Of a stretch of DNA of 64,000 nt, positions 1-12,597 are shown piece after piece. The notes under the pieces are model-generated. The model was not told the DNA's origin, searched no databases, and saw nothing but the letters and a program-made list of their open reading frames with translations. The stretch is from the human T2T-CHM13v2.0 reference genome, Homo sapiens. Position numbers and translations under genes: made by a program. The stretch lies in assembly GCF_009914755.1 (NCBI RefSeq), contig NC_060929.1; one strand, written 5' to 3'. The stretch's first letter is position 1. Every line of letters begins with the position of its first letter.

Positions 1-589
1 GCAGCACTCTAATATCTTCTATATTTATCTCTCCTGGTGTGGAACCCCCACCTCAGGAGGCCAGGCAAGGATGATGAGGCCTCTGTATTCTTAGCATGCA
101 GTGCCTAAGGTATCCCCTCCATTCAATGATGGGGGATTTGGCAGGGGAGGAAGCCCCTACCTCTCTACTGTATTCACCAGAGCTTAGCCTTAGCAATGGG
201 TAACTATGGCCAGGATGAGAAACACTGAAGTTCTGTTCCTTCCAGGAAGAAACCTTCCAGCTGGAGGGGAGAGAGCTCTGTGTTCTTGATTGCACCAGCC
301 TGGAATGGAAGCTCCATCTCCCTGAACTTGGAAGGGGGTGAGAGGGAGCAGTCTTGGTTTAAATACCACAGGCTTGCCTTTCTTATTGAATTTTCATAAA
401 TGTTCTTGAATAGATGTTTCTTCATTTGCTATTTGTCCTTAGGATCATTTCCAGAGGATTTAAGTGCTTGGAGTTTTTATTTGTTTGATCATAGTTTTCA
501 CTAGTTTTACTGGGGAGTGGGTTAAAGGAAGCCCTCAAGATGTTATGCCAAAAGTCTTCTCTCTCTGTATTTCTGCCTTCAGTAGGCTC

Positions 590-900
590 TTCCCATGTGA
601 CTCTGGGCATTGGCCAAGAGAGTGCTAGCAAATGTGATATAAGCAAAAGCTTAAGAAAAGCTTGCTCTGTGAGGTTTGCCCTCTGTCAGCATGGAAGCCC
701 TTTAATCAGCATTTGAAAAAGTCTGAGCTAGTGTCCTGGACACAGTGAGAGAATATGGTAAGAAAGTGGAGAGAAAGGCTGCAGCTATTCCAGGAGACCC
801 AGGCTTCACAGATCAAGCCGAGAGAGAATAGTGTCAGAGGAGCCAGGAGAAGAACACACTTCAAATTGTGAGAAATCAAGGAAGAGAAGAATTGCAATAT
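590..900 (+). mobile_element. Old MaLR LTR fragment (MLT1-like)
   Basis: 'ccatgtgact...tggccaa...gctagcaaatgtgatataagcaaaagctt' resembles old MLT1 LTRs; boundaries approximate. Confidence 0.4.
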
Positions 901-1092
901 TCATTACATTTAGAACTATCCAGGTTATTGTTCTTCTTACTAAAAATGATTTTATTGGTAAAATGGGAACAAGAGACAGACTAGAATAGGATCGGCTGTG
1001 ATAGGGAAGTGAGGAATATAGCTAGAGAGAATAGGCAAAACTGGGCAAGTGTGGCTTTGCAAGGGAGACAAGAGATGAGGCAGTCATTAGAA

Positions 1093-1294
1093 TAGTGGTT
1101 CCTAACTGGGGTGGGGGGTGGGCATCTTTCCAGGAGATATTTGGCAATGTCTAGAGACAACTTTGATTGCCACAACTTGTGGGGCGAGGGACACAATATT
1201 TTCATGGGTAAAGAATGCTGCTAAATATCCCAAAACGCACAGAACAGCCCCAAAGTAAAGAATTATCTAGCCCCAAACGTCAAGAGAAACCCTA
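1093..1294 (+). mobile_element. MER20 (hAT-Charlie) DNA transposon relic
   Basis: Matches recalled MER20 consensus: 'tagtggttc..atttggcaatgtctagagaca..tgctgctaaa..aagaattatc..gagaaaccct'. Confidence 0.8.
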
Positions 1295-1449
1295 ACATAG
1301 GGAAATAAGTGGTTGAAGGTGAGGTTTTTGTTTTGTTTGTTTTTAATGCAGAAGACACTTGAATGTATTTTGAGTCTCATGGAAAGTATCTAGTTGAGAG
1401 AAAGGTTAAAGGTACAGAAGAGAAAGGTGTAATTTTCCAAAGGTAACAA

Positions 1450-1565
1450 TTATTATTATTATTATCCTTTTTTTTTACAGATGAGGAGACTGAGAGGGTA
1501 AGTGATTAGTCCCAGGTGAAGAAGGCAGTGGAGCTCAGATTCCAATGTTGGCCTATTTGACTGCA
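1450..1565 (-). mobile_element. MIR fragment
   Basis: MIR core in reverse: 'attatcc..ttttacagatgaggagactgag'. Confidence 0.7.
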
Positions 1566-2609
1566 GGCCAAGTTGCTAAAGGAGTTCTTTGTCCTTCTGC
1601 TGTACTCCCAACACAATGGCATCAATACCAAAAACACACCCAAGCTAATATCATAGATATCTCTTACTCACCTTCTAAACTCTCTACTCTTCCATCAGAC
1701 CCACATTTTCTTTATTGAACCACCTTATTAGCTTATTGTTAAGTCTGAGTGTATCATTTAGGGAAGAGACCTTCACTTATAGTTTAGGTTTCAATCCTCA
1801 GTACCATTTGTAGCCATTTGGCTTCTGCATAATTTCCTCTTTGAGACTCATCTGTCTAAAGATTTCACCTCTGCTTAGCCGCGCCTTTCCTTGAAATACT
1901 CTGCAGTTCCAGCAACTGACAGCTCGTGCGGGCAGCACTGAAAAATGGACCAACCCAATTGAAAGCTGAACTCTCTCCTGAATCTGGTTCTGGACTCTGA
2001 CCCTTTTTTAGGTGTTCCAATTGTTCCCTGCCCCTAAGGAATGAGATTGCAGAATTCCAAACACTACCATTGTTCAATATCTAAGTCCTTTAATTGTGCA
2101 GTAACAATAACCGTGCAGTTAGAGGAGTGCCCTAGAAGCACTTATACTATACCCCAGGGACTATTACGGCAGACGAAGGGAAGCAAGAAGATGAATGGCA
2201 AATGAGGAAATGCAGGGAGGAAAGGTCACTTGGAGCCAAACAATGCACTAAAATGCTGACATATCTATGCAAAGAACTTTTACAACCTATACCCATGAGG
2301 CACAAACAGATCCTTAAAGTGTCCAGGGAATGTCAACCTTCCTTTCAGGAAATTTGTCTCAACTCAGAGGAGACTAAGGAAGTGTTAACTTAATGCCGTG
2401 GAGTCAAGTGTGGAAGATTAAGAAGAGTCATGTGTCTGCTTTGTTGCTTTAACAGATTCTGTACCTGAGCTATTTTTAAAATTTCTTTGAATACATTTCA
2501 TGAACTCCTTTTTCTATTTATTCCAGCTTTTGATACTTTTCCATCTGATAAAATTTTGCATTAGGATTGTATCTGGGCATACTTTAGGATTGTATCTGGG
2601 CATGCTTTT

Positions 2610-2924
2610 TTTTTGTTTTTGTTCGTTTGTTTGTTTGTTGTTTTGAGACGGAGTCTCGCTCTGTCGCCCAGTCTGTAGTGCAGTGGCGCCATCTCGGCTA
2701 ACTGCAAGCTCCGCCTCCGGGGTTGACGCCATTCTCCTGCCTCACCTCCCGAGTAGCTGGGATTACACGCCCCCACCACCACGCCCGGCTAATTTTTTGT
2801 ATTTTTAGTAGAGACAGGGTTTCACCGTGTTAGCCACAATGGTCTCGATCTCCTGACCTCATGATCTGCCCACCTTGGCCTCCCAAAGTGCTGGGATTAC
2901 AGGCGTGAGCCACCGCACCCAGCA
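2610..2924 (-). mobile_element. AluY-like SINE
   Basis: Full reverse Alu with 'gcaagctccgcctcc' and 'cgccattctcc'; TSD gtatctgggcatgctttt at 2592-2609 and 2925-2942. Confidence 0.93.
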
Positions 2925-5900
2925 GTATCTGGGCATGCTTTTAAACAACCCAGTGCAATTCACCCTTTACTTAATGATGAAGGTATCCTTCAGCACTAAC
3001 CCCTCATGGACTTGAGGTATTTCTCCTTCCTCCCTGCCATCTTCCTTTCCCCTTTCTACTATCTCCTTTTCTCTTCTTCCTCTATACCTACTTTCCCTCT
3101 TCCTGCTCTTCCTCCTTCCCTCCATCTTAATCTTCTTTACTCTGCAGTCTTCGCAGAATTTAAACTCTGATGTGTTTAAACCCAAATCTCACAAAGAATA
3201 TAGACTATATAAAGTATAAATAACCACCCTGGACTATACAGTTATTTTTAATTTAAGATATACACTGTTACATGTTAAAATTTCAAAGTGCAGCATTTTC
3301 TAGGATATTATTAAGTATATTAATCTATTGAGAAGCAATAAAATTTCACTATTATTACTTTGCCAAGTTTTTCTGTTGCTTCTTTTGAAAGTGCATAAAA
3401 GTAGTTTAGTTAATTTTTCCGTGCTTCAGTGTATTCAATACTGCATTATTGGAGCAGAATAAATGGTTGAAATGGCAATTTGCCACAAACTCTTCTACCA
3501 CTTTGAGAGGAGTATATCAGAAGAGAGTATCATTTACTGTTGACTAAAACATTAAAAGATGGAAGAATAATATTTGAATTAAGTGCTTTTCATGAAAAAC
3601 CAGTAAAAATCTACCAGAAAAATATTGAAAACACTTTGGATCCAGCCCAGCCTTTTATTTTAGAGCTTGAATTACAGTTTGGAGTTTGTGCTGTTTTCCA
3701 AAAGGGCTGAGGTTAAGAGAGGTAGGATTCAATGAAGATCTAGGATCTTTTAATCTGAAAATATTTTATTTCTATACAGTGACTGAGACAAAGATATTAA
3801 CAATTTATATTAAACTAAAACATGGCAACATCATCTTCCTGTCTCTCTTCCCACTGTACTATTGCTTTACTCAATTGTTGCTTTATTCTCCTTTCTAACA
3901 TTTGCGTGTCATAGGACCTGTTAGAGACCTTGATAAGACATAAAAATAACCATCTTGCTGGTGAGAACCATGTCTCAAAGCCTAATGCCAACAAAGTGAT
4001 GGTGAGGAAAGGTGACATTGGAAAATGCCATGATAAATAATTTTGAGTCTCTGGACAGACTGATTATTGAATTTCTTTCTTAAAAATAGCTGACCCTCCT
4101 AATCACCCTCACTTAAAGGAATGACTCAAGGCTGGTTTGGTGAGGCTATTTGCTCCTGTTAATTTTAGGGCAATTGTGTAGCTCTAACAGCCCCTGAGCA
4201 GTCTGCAGAGAGCAGCCATTTCACCACCTAATCACTATAGAATTCAAATCTGAGGCTGACAGCCTAAAAACAGCCACCCCTCATTTTCAAGTGAAAATGA
4301 TGAACAGCTCAACAGATCATAATGTGTGGTCTCCTGAACAAACTGACCTATGTCTGAGCTGCCTTCCATACTGTAGATGGTCCCATACTGGGCTTGGGGG
4401 CAGTATTCTGGTTTAAAATACTCACTCTGGCCAATTTATCTATCTCTGTCACATCTGCCACCCAAGTGCTGAGACTCAGACAAGCTGTCCTTACCATTTG
4501 CCTCAAGTCACAGATAATGATACTGGCAAAGTGGTGGGCAAGCAACCTCCCACAGACAATGACAGACATAATGAATTACTTGGAATTAAAACTCAGACCC
4601 CAAAACTTCCCATGTTCAGCAATTATTACAGGGAGGTCGGGAATTAGTTTGTCTTCAGGAAGCTAAAAGAGTTTAATACCCACTGTACCTTAGGTTGACA
4701 AGAAATAAGAGATCAGCCAAAGCATTGTATGACAATATTTGTCTTTCACAAGTCGGAGTGCTGGACCAAGAGACTTTCTAAAGTATCCTGGGTTCCCAAC
4801 ATGCTATGCATTGAAGAAGGACACCCATTTTTCTAACTTTATTGAAAGATTATTCAACTATAGAAGCCATTTGCTCTAGCTGTGGAGTCCTTAGCATTTG
4901 CCAGGTTTTAACAGTGAGGGGCTTATTTTGCAGAATATGTTTTCAGACCCAGGCCTTCACTTGCCCTAAGTTATCTATTGTGAAAAGCAACCCATGTAAA
5001 GCACTCTCTAACTGATAAACTGCTACACGCATATTAGGAGTTATTTAAATTAATGAGCTATCATGATACCCATCCTGAAGGGCCAGTAACTCATTTTTAC
5101 CTTGTATAACCGAGTTGTGTATTACATTCTAGTATTTATTCTGGTCCATCGAGAAGTCTCCCTCTTCAAACTATTATGTTCTGCACACATATAACATAAT
5201 AGCTTTCCTTGTTTGCTCTTTCTCTTACATCCCTGTTTTTATATAACTGAGTTTGGCTCTAGTTTTCAAACAGAAAAGTTTTGATTCTCAAACAAAATGT
5301 CAGGCTCCTAATAAGGCTTAGGAAATTCTATTTGTTGCCAATGAGACCAAGCTGGAAACCAAGAATTCCTAAAGGAGTGTTGCATGCCAGCAAACTTCAA
5401 AATTGGTTGTTATGTGATTACATTTGGCTATTTCCAAATCATCTTAAAGTTTCCTTTCCTAAAGGGAATATAACTGCAGTTCTTCCAGCACTTTTGTGTA
5501 GAGAGCACTTTGCCGTCTTTTGAGTAACTTCCTGATATCCCTTGGAAGGCAAGGCTCAGCAGGTTCTTTCCTTCTCTCTTAACTTGCCATATCCTTCCTG
5601 ATTCACGGAAACAGGAGAATTCCTGGGTATGCAGCTCAGGACTAAAAATCTAGTGTGGGCGGCCCGGGGGAGGTAGCTCTCAGGAGCTAGGTAACAGCCT
5701 ACAGATTGTAAGTCTTACATTTTGTGAGGACAAACCAGTCCAAGTAGTCCAGTTAGTCAGACTTCCCAGATGCTCCCTTGTCTAGATGTTTAGTTCATCC
5801 TGAGCATCAGGAGAAAACTGAAACTTGTAGGATATGCACACCTGCTGCTGAAAGCCGATAAGATCTTCAAAGTGAAATGTAGATACTGATAGAGAGGAAT

Positions 5901-5980
5901 TTATATTTTTCAAAGGCATATTTAAGAGGAAGCTTGTTTAGGCAACTGATTTACAAGGATATGCTAGGTTGGCTCTTAAG

Positions 5981-6268
5981 GGCCAGGCACGGTGGCCCAT
6001 GCCTGTAATCCCAGCACTTTGGGAGGCCGAGGCAGGTGGATCACAAGGTCAGAAGTTCAAGAACAGCCTGACCAACATAGTGACACCCTGTCTCTACTAA
6101 AAATACAAAAATTAGCTGAGCATGGTGGTGCACGCCTATAATCCCAGCTACTCAGGAGGCTGAGGCAGGAGAATCACTTGAACCCAAGAGGGGGAGGTTG
6201 CAGTGAGCTGAGATGGTGCCACTGCACTCCAGCCTGGGTGACAGAGCAAGACTCTGTCTCAAAAAAAG
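5981..6268 (+). mobile_element. AluS SINE
   Basis: ggccaggcacggtgg... dimeric Alu with a short A tail. Confidence 0.93.
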
Positions 6269-7059
6269 AGTAGCTCCAAAGGCAATCAAGGTAGTAATTT
6301 GTAATGCTTGATATACTGATATACTCTCAAAGAGATGTAAAAAATGGACCTCAAATATTAGCTTACTAGCGAGTGTAGTTAATAGTGCCACTAATGTATT
6401 GTGAGTGGAGCTCCTTTATATAAAAGTCATCCAAAGCTAAAAATAATTCCCACTCTTGAGTTATTCTACCAGGTTTTCCCTATGGATACTTGTTATATTC
6501 TTGGGATCATATTGTGGCCTGGGTTATGCCTGAATTTACATAACAATAAGCTAAATTATAATGGAATTCTTTGGTGATTGAGTAATGCCATATATAAGTT
6601 CTGTATATGGAGAAACCAAAGCATAGGTATATTAAATTATTTTCTTCATACTGCAGAAATATAGTAGAAAATTGTATGATTTTCTCTGAGGACTTACAGA
6701 GGGAGAGGATGGTAGTTGTGCAGAGTGCAATTCTAATTTTATGCTGAGAATGATAATGGCTTGCTGTTCTTATATACAGAACTACTGAAGACAGAATGAG
6801 AAAAATGGGATGAATAAAACAATTTCAGGTTAACTATTGTGAAGTTGAAAGCTCATAATTAACAAATAAATGCTGAACCCCTACAAATAGCAAGAAGTCT
6901 CTATTAGAACCTATGGTTGATGAAGATATCACTCACAATGCTTTTAACCTTTGAGATGCTTACAACTTACTTGGGAAGGCAAACCCTTCATGTACAGAAA
7001 GTTAACACAGGAAAGAGCTGCCAATTAGTGAGATAACTTAGTATAAAGGAGGTTGAATT

Positions 7060-7320
7060 GAGAATCATTATGTAGATTCTAATTCTGACTTAGCCACGAA
7101 CTACCTTAATGACCTTAAGCAAGTTACAATCTCCTTGGGCCCCAACTGGTCACCTACTTATAGTTAACATTTATTGAATGCTCACTATGTGTGCCAGATG
7201 TCTTACACATATTCTCTCATTTCATCCTCAAACTGAAGCAAAGTAAGTTTAAGTAACTCATCCAGGATTATACTGCTAGTATGTGGCAGAGGACTCAACC
7301 TTGTATTCTGAAAGTTAAGG
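7060..7320. mobile_element. MIR fragments (both orientations)
   Basis: 'tgaccttaagcaagttac' on + and 'catttattgaatgctcactatgtg..tttcatcctca' on -. Confidence 0.55.
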
Positions 7321-7403
7321 CAGTGTCAGAATGATGTATATGTGTGCATGTGTGTGTGTGCGCATGCACATTTGTGTGAGAGAGAATGTAAGAATATATG
7401 ATA

Positions 7404-7709
7404 GGCTGGGCGCGGTGGCTCATGCCTGTAATCCCAGCACTTTGGGAGGCCAAGGCGGGTGGATCACGAGGTCAGGAAATCGAGACCATCCTGGCTATCA
7501 CGGTGAAACCCCGTCGCTACTAAAAATACAAAAATAATTAGCCGGGCATGGTGGCGGAAGCCTGTATTCCCAGCTACTCAGGAGGCTGAGACAGGAGAAT
7601 GGCGTGAACCTGGGAGGCGGAGCTTGCAGTAAGCCGAGATCGTGCCACCGCACTCCAGCCTGGGCGACAAAGCAAGACTCCGTCTCACAAAAAAAAAAAA
7701 AAAAAAAAA
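7404..7709 (+). mobile_element. AluY SINE
   Basis: Diagnostic 'gaatggcgtgaacctgggaggcggagcttgcagt', poly(A) tail, TSD aagaatata(t/c)gatag. Confidence 0.95.
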
Positions 7710-10208
7710 GAATATACGATAGGTTTTCCTGGTTGTATTAGAAACACACGTGATAAAGAATCTACCAAACTATCTGGTTTAACTATGAGACATGATAAGT
7801 AGACAATTCACATCAAATTGTAGTGGAGAGCCCATTCCTTGACTGCCTCTATGACCAAGTGGGCCTGATTCTCTGGTTCAAATCTTTACGATATGGATTA
7901 ATTAATGTCAAGTACAGATATGTTACTATCAACATTAAGAAAAAACTTCCCCATAAAAAGTCACCTGCTATATTTTATATTTGAGATTACATGCATTATC
8001 TACTCTCTAAATCCAGCAAATCTGTTTCTGTATAGACCTGATTTAGGGAGATTTTTATGTTATCTTTCCGGTTTTCCTTATATAACTGTAGACCTAGCAG
8101 AGGACACCTCCATTTTTGTTTCATTTATTTGCTTTATATTATTTTAAGAAGAAACATGAAACAAAGCAAATCCACTTTATGATTATAACACAAAAGTTAT
8201 GTGTTTAATTTACATGTGATTAATAAGCATTTAAACCTATTTTCATTGTATGAGCCACTTCAAACATCAGAGTTAAAGCTTCTTTAAGGAAGATTTTCAA
8301 AATAGTATAGGCAGAGTACAGAACTGGTCTGATGGTATCTATCCTAAATGTTATTTTTATTAAGAGATCTTTACATTTTTGGTACTTCATGATTCATTTA
8401 AAAGATTATAGTTTTCTGATTTTTGTTCTGCGTATCTCACAGTGTCTTTGGAAAAAAGCCATATACCTCTGATCTAAGACCACCAGCTTACTATGCACAA
8501 AGGCTAATAACTCAGTATTTTCAGCCCAGTAGCTAGGTAGTTAGCTCTATCTTTTGAGGGAAGGCCAGATAAAAGTAAAAGAGGGAACTCATACTTGTTA
8601 TCATTATAGGTGGTCATATAAACTCATATTAATAGAATTTATATTTGATAAATGATTTAATTTATTTTATAATTAGATCTTCAGTAATATTCATAAGTAT
8701 TATAAAATAGATGCTACATTTTCCTGGAGGGATGTGGATATCTTATTTATCTTTGTGTCTCTCAAACACAGATACTCAATTTTTGTCAAATGAATAAATG
8801 GATGAATAGACAGATATACAGATAAAAGAATATATAATTATAATAATGTGAACACTACTTGAATCAAGAAAACAAAGCCCAGGATATCACTTAAGATATT
8901 CTTGGCTGCCCTTTCCCTTGACTGAGTCTAGGCTATGAGGTGGATAAGAATATTTCTTCTCTAAAAAGACTTTTGTAGTTAAAGTTTATTTTGTTGTTAT
9001 CTTTTGGCTTTCTGAGAAATTGGTTTTATTACTGTTTTTAATTTCTTCTTTTTTCCTCGTTTTATTTCTGGATAATTTAAAGCTTAAATAGGTTAAAAAA
9101 GTACCAGTTATGATTAAAGAAACAAGTTATTCCAGGGCAACTCTGAATAGAGCAATATCTTGTCTAGCTCAAAACATTTATGCCAATGGCATAAATTGAG
9201 TGTTACAGAAGAAGAGCAATTTCAAAAAAAATTGTCAATATTATTAGCAATATTTGAGTCCATACTACGTGCTAGGCATGATTCAAAGTTCTTCATAAAT
9301 ATTAATTTATTTAATCCTCACAACAAACCTGCGTAAGAAAGATAATGTTGTAACATTTATATTAATATTTTCATGTAATATCAGCTTTTGTGATAGATAT
9401 TGATAGTAAATAGAAGAAAAAAGAACTAAGGAATATTTCTTTGGGATTATAAAGAGTAAAGATTATTTTTCTGTGTATTTAGGTAAATTTATACTATTCT
9501 CTTATATCTAATGTCAATAAAAATACCTAATGCAAAGGGATTGAATTTTTTTCCCCAAACACATTGCAATTTAGAGATTGCACTCCAGTGTTTTAGAAAC
9601 TAAAGTATGGTGGTCAGTAACTTTTTACTTTTCCAAATATGGACAGTTAAAAATCCAAAACACAAGTACTATCTACTGTCACCATCATTTCCTCTTAAAA
9701 AAGATCATTTTAAAACTAAAAAGTTTGGAAGGATATAAACTCACAATAAAGATCATTTCATTTAATTGAACAAATTTAGCTTTGTGAAAGATTCATGATG
9801 TCTAATTTCTGATTTCAGAGCTTGCCAATGAAAATTTTACCATGGACTGGCTTCAGTCTTTGCAATGACATTTAGGAACCACCAAACGTTAACATGACAG
9901 CCACATTTATTACTAAGTTTTTCTGAAAGCAGATGTAACAGATGTAACCTAGATTTAGTAGGCCTCTACTTTTTCCCTCCCTCTACATAGAAGCCATATT
10001 CAGCAACTTAATGTATTTTGTCCAAAAATAGATCCAACTCTACAACCCAGTGGGATGTTTCCTCTAAAGATTATAAAAATATAGAGAAACAATTTTACCT
10101 CACATTCCACACAGCAAAGCTCCATAAATATCCCCGTTAAACATCTCTGTTATTCCCTCAAAATCCATCTCATAATGTCAGCCTCCTCACTTCTCCTTTC
10201 TCTGTCCC

Positions 10209-10581
10209 TGATATGATTAGGCTTTGTGCCCCTACCCAAATCTCATCTTAAATTATAATCCCCATAACCCCTTCATGTCAAGGGAAAGACCAGGTAGAAG
10301 TAACTGGCTCATGGGGGCAGTTTCCCCCATCCGGCTCTTGTGATAGTGAGTGAATTCTAAAGAGATCTGATAGTTTTCTAAGGGGCTCTTCCCCCTTCAC
10401 TCTTCACTCTTTTTCCTCTCACCTGCCACCATGTAAGACATGCCTCTTCCCCTTCCTCCATGATTGTAAGTTTCCTGAGGCCTCCCAAGGTCTGTGGAAC
10501 TGTGTCAATTAGCCCTCTTTTCTTTATAAATTACCCAGTCTCAGGTATGTCTTTATAGCAGTGTGAAAACTGACTAATGCA
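10209..10581 (+). mobile_element. THE1 (THE1C-like) solo LTR, ERVL-MaLR
   Basis: TG...CA ends, 'tgattgtaagtttcctgaggcctccc', 5-bp TSD gtccc/gcccc. Confidence 0.88.
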
Positions 10582-10781
10582 GCCCCTTTATATCCACAGT
10601 CCGTAAAATTCTCACCCCATCCAACCCTGCTCCCTCTTTCTCGTCACTTCAAGCTCTAAGCTTTCATGTCCCACTTAATAAAACCCTAACCTGGCATTAG
10701 CTAAACCTGTGTCCACTCCTCCCATAGCATATTATATTTTCCAAAGATTAATATACAGATCTTCTTATGTTACTTTACGTT

Positions 10782-11272
10782 GTGACTGGTAGAATCTATG
10801 AGTTGGATTTACGTTCTTTTCCTTTGAATATTGAAGGATACTTGTTGTTGATCCAACCCATGAAGTGTGGTTGAAGTGATGCTCTGTGGTTTCCAAGCCA
10901 AAGCATAAAAAGGACACAGATTCTAACAGGTTCTTACTCTCTCTGGGGATGCTTGCCCTTGGATATCAGCTATTATGCTATGAGGAAGTTCAAACTAACC
11001 CTCAAGGAGAGAACTCATGGAGATGAACTGAAGTCTCTAGCCCACAGCCAGCATCAACCACCAGACATGAACAACTTTTCAGATGATTTCAGCCCTCAAC
11101 CTTTAGAGTCTTCCAGCTAAGGCCTTAGACATTACATAACAAGAGACCAGCTATCTCTACCCTACCTTGTTCAATTTCTTGACTCACAGAAACCATGAGA
11201 GAATAAAATATTATTGTTTTAAGCCACAAAGCTTTGGGGTGACTTTATATGCAGAAATAGAAAACTAATACA
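10782..11272 (+). mobile_element. MLT1F-like LTR
   Basis: MLT1 3' end 'aataaaa..ttgttttaagccac..tttggggtg..aatagaaaactaataca'. Confidence 0.75.
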
Positions 11273-12163
11273 TCCCCTTAAAAAGGAACTCCATGACCGT
11301 ATATTACTCTTATCTTCTACTTGGAGGAAGGGAGCCATTAATGTTTCATCATCTTTTTTCTTTAACTGCTTTTCAAAATACTCACTAAATAAGTTCGGGT
11401 CTCATGCAATTAAACATAAGGCAGTATATGTTCTAGCCACTTATGTAGAAATGTTTACAGACTATAAGAAATGGTTTCATGTTTATGTGAGAAAAGTGAA
11501 AATGGGAATTGGGTTCTAGTTATTTGGAAGAGAGATGCAGCAATTATAAAAGATATTTTGCGATTTAATGCATCAAAATATTTACTGGTTAAATATTTAC
11601 GTTGTCTAGAATTTTTTTTTTGTCTAGAATTTCGAAGCCATAAAAATGAAACAATTAGACTAATATTTTAGGTTTCATATGTTTCATAGGAAAAAAATAA
11701 TGATTTTACTGGAGCCAACTAAATTTCTCATTAACACTCACTTGATAAAATTGAAAATAAAACTGAACATTAATCCGATCAGAAAAGCACTCCTAATGCC
11801 TCAGTTATATTCTTCAGTAAGCTTGTAAATCTCCATTTCCTAACATCATGTCACAGTTCTCAATCTACTCTTGACAAGACATTACAAAGGCTGGGCAGGC
11901 CCAGCGCTTATCAAATTATTTATACTGCTCACAGTGCTATAAATTACAAGGAATATTATGAACAATTAATATTATATAATTCATTTGTATAAATATGACT
12001 AAAAAGTAGCAATACTCTCCCATTTGCTTTACCCATCCAATTTAAACTGTACATATTTGAGAGAAAGGGAGAAACTAGTAAAAAGACTTAGTAAAGAGGA
12101 GTTACTCTACAGTCATATTAAATGTTAGACCCCACTTAACGCTCAATTCCTTGGAAGCTTTAA

Positions 12164-12485
<322 letters not shown>

Positions 12486-12508
12486 TAGTTTTAAAAGGGA
12501 TGAATAGC

Positions 12509-12597
12509 AAGAAATGATATGGTGACAATTATTCTTGGCATGGGTTTGAGAAGAAATGATATTATAAGAATTCTTCTTGGCATGGGTTTGAGAAGAA
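12509..12597. repeat. Tandem duplication, 42-bp period
   Basis: ttcttggcatgggtttgagaagaa at 12532 and 12574; aagaaatgatat at 12509 and 12551. Confidence 0.85.

Noticed and set aside
1865-1935. CpG island or promoter
   Set aside because: Only a few CpGs over ~70 bp, far below island criteria
11602-11632. Short direct repeat ttgtctagaattt x2 (also cagatgtaa x2 at ~9930)
   Set aside because: Ordinary micro-duplications from slippage
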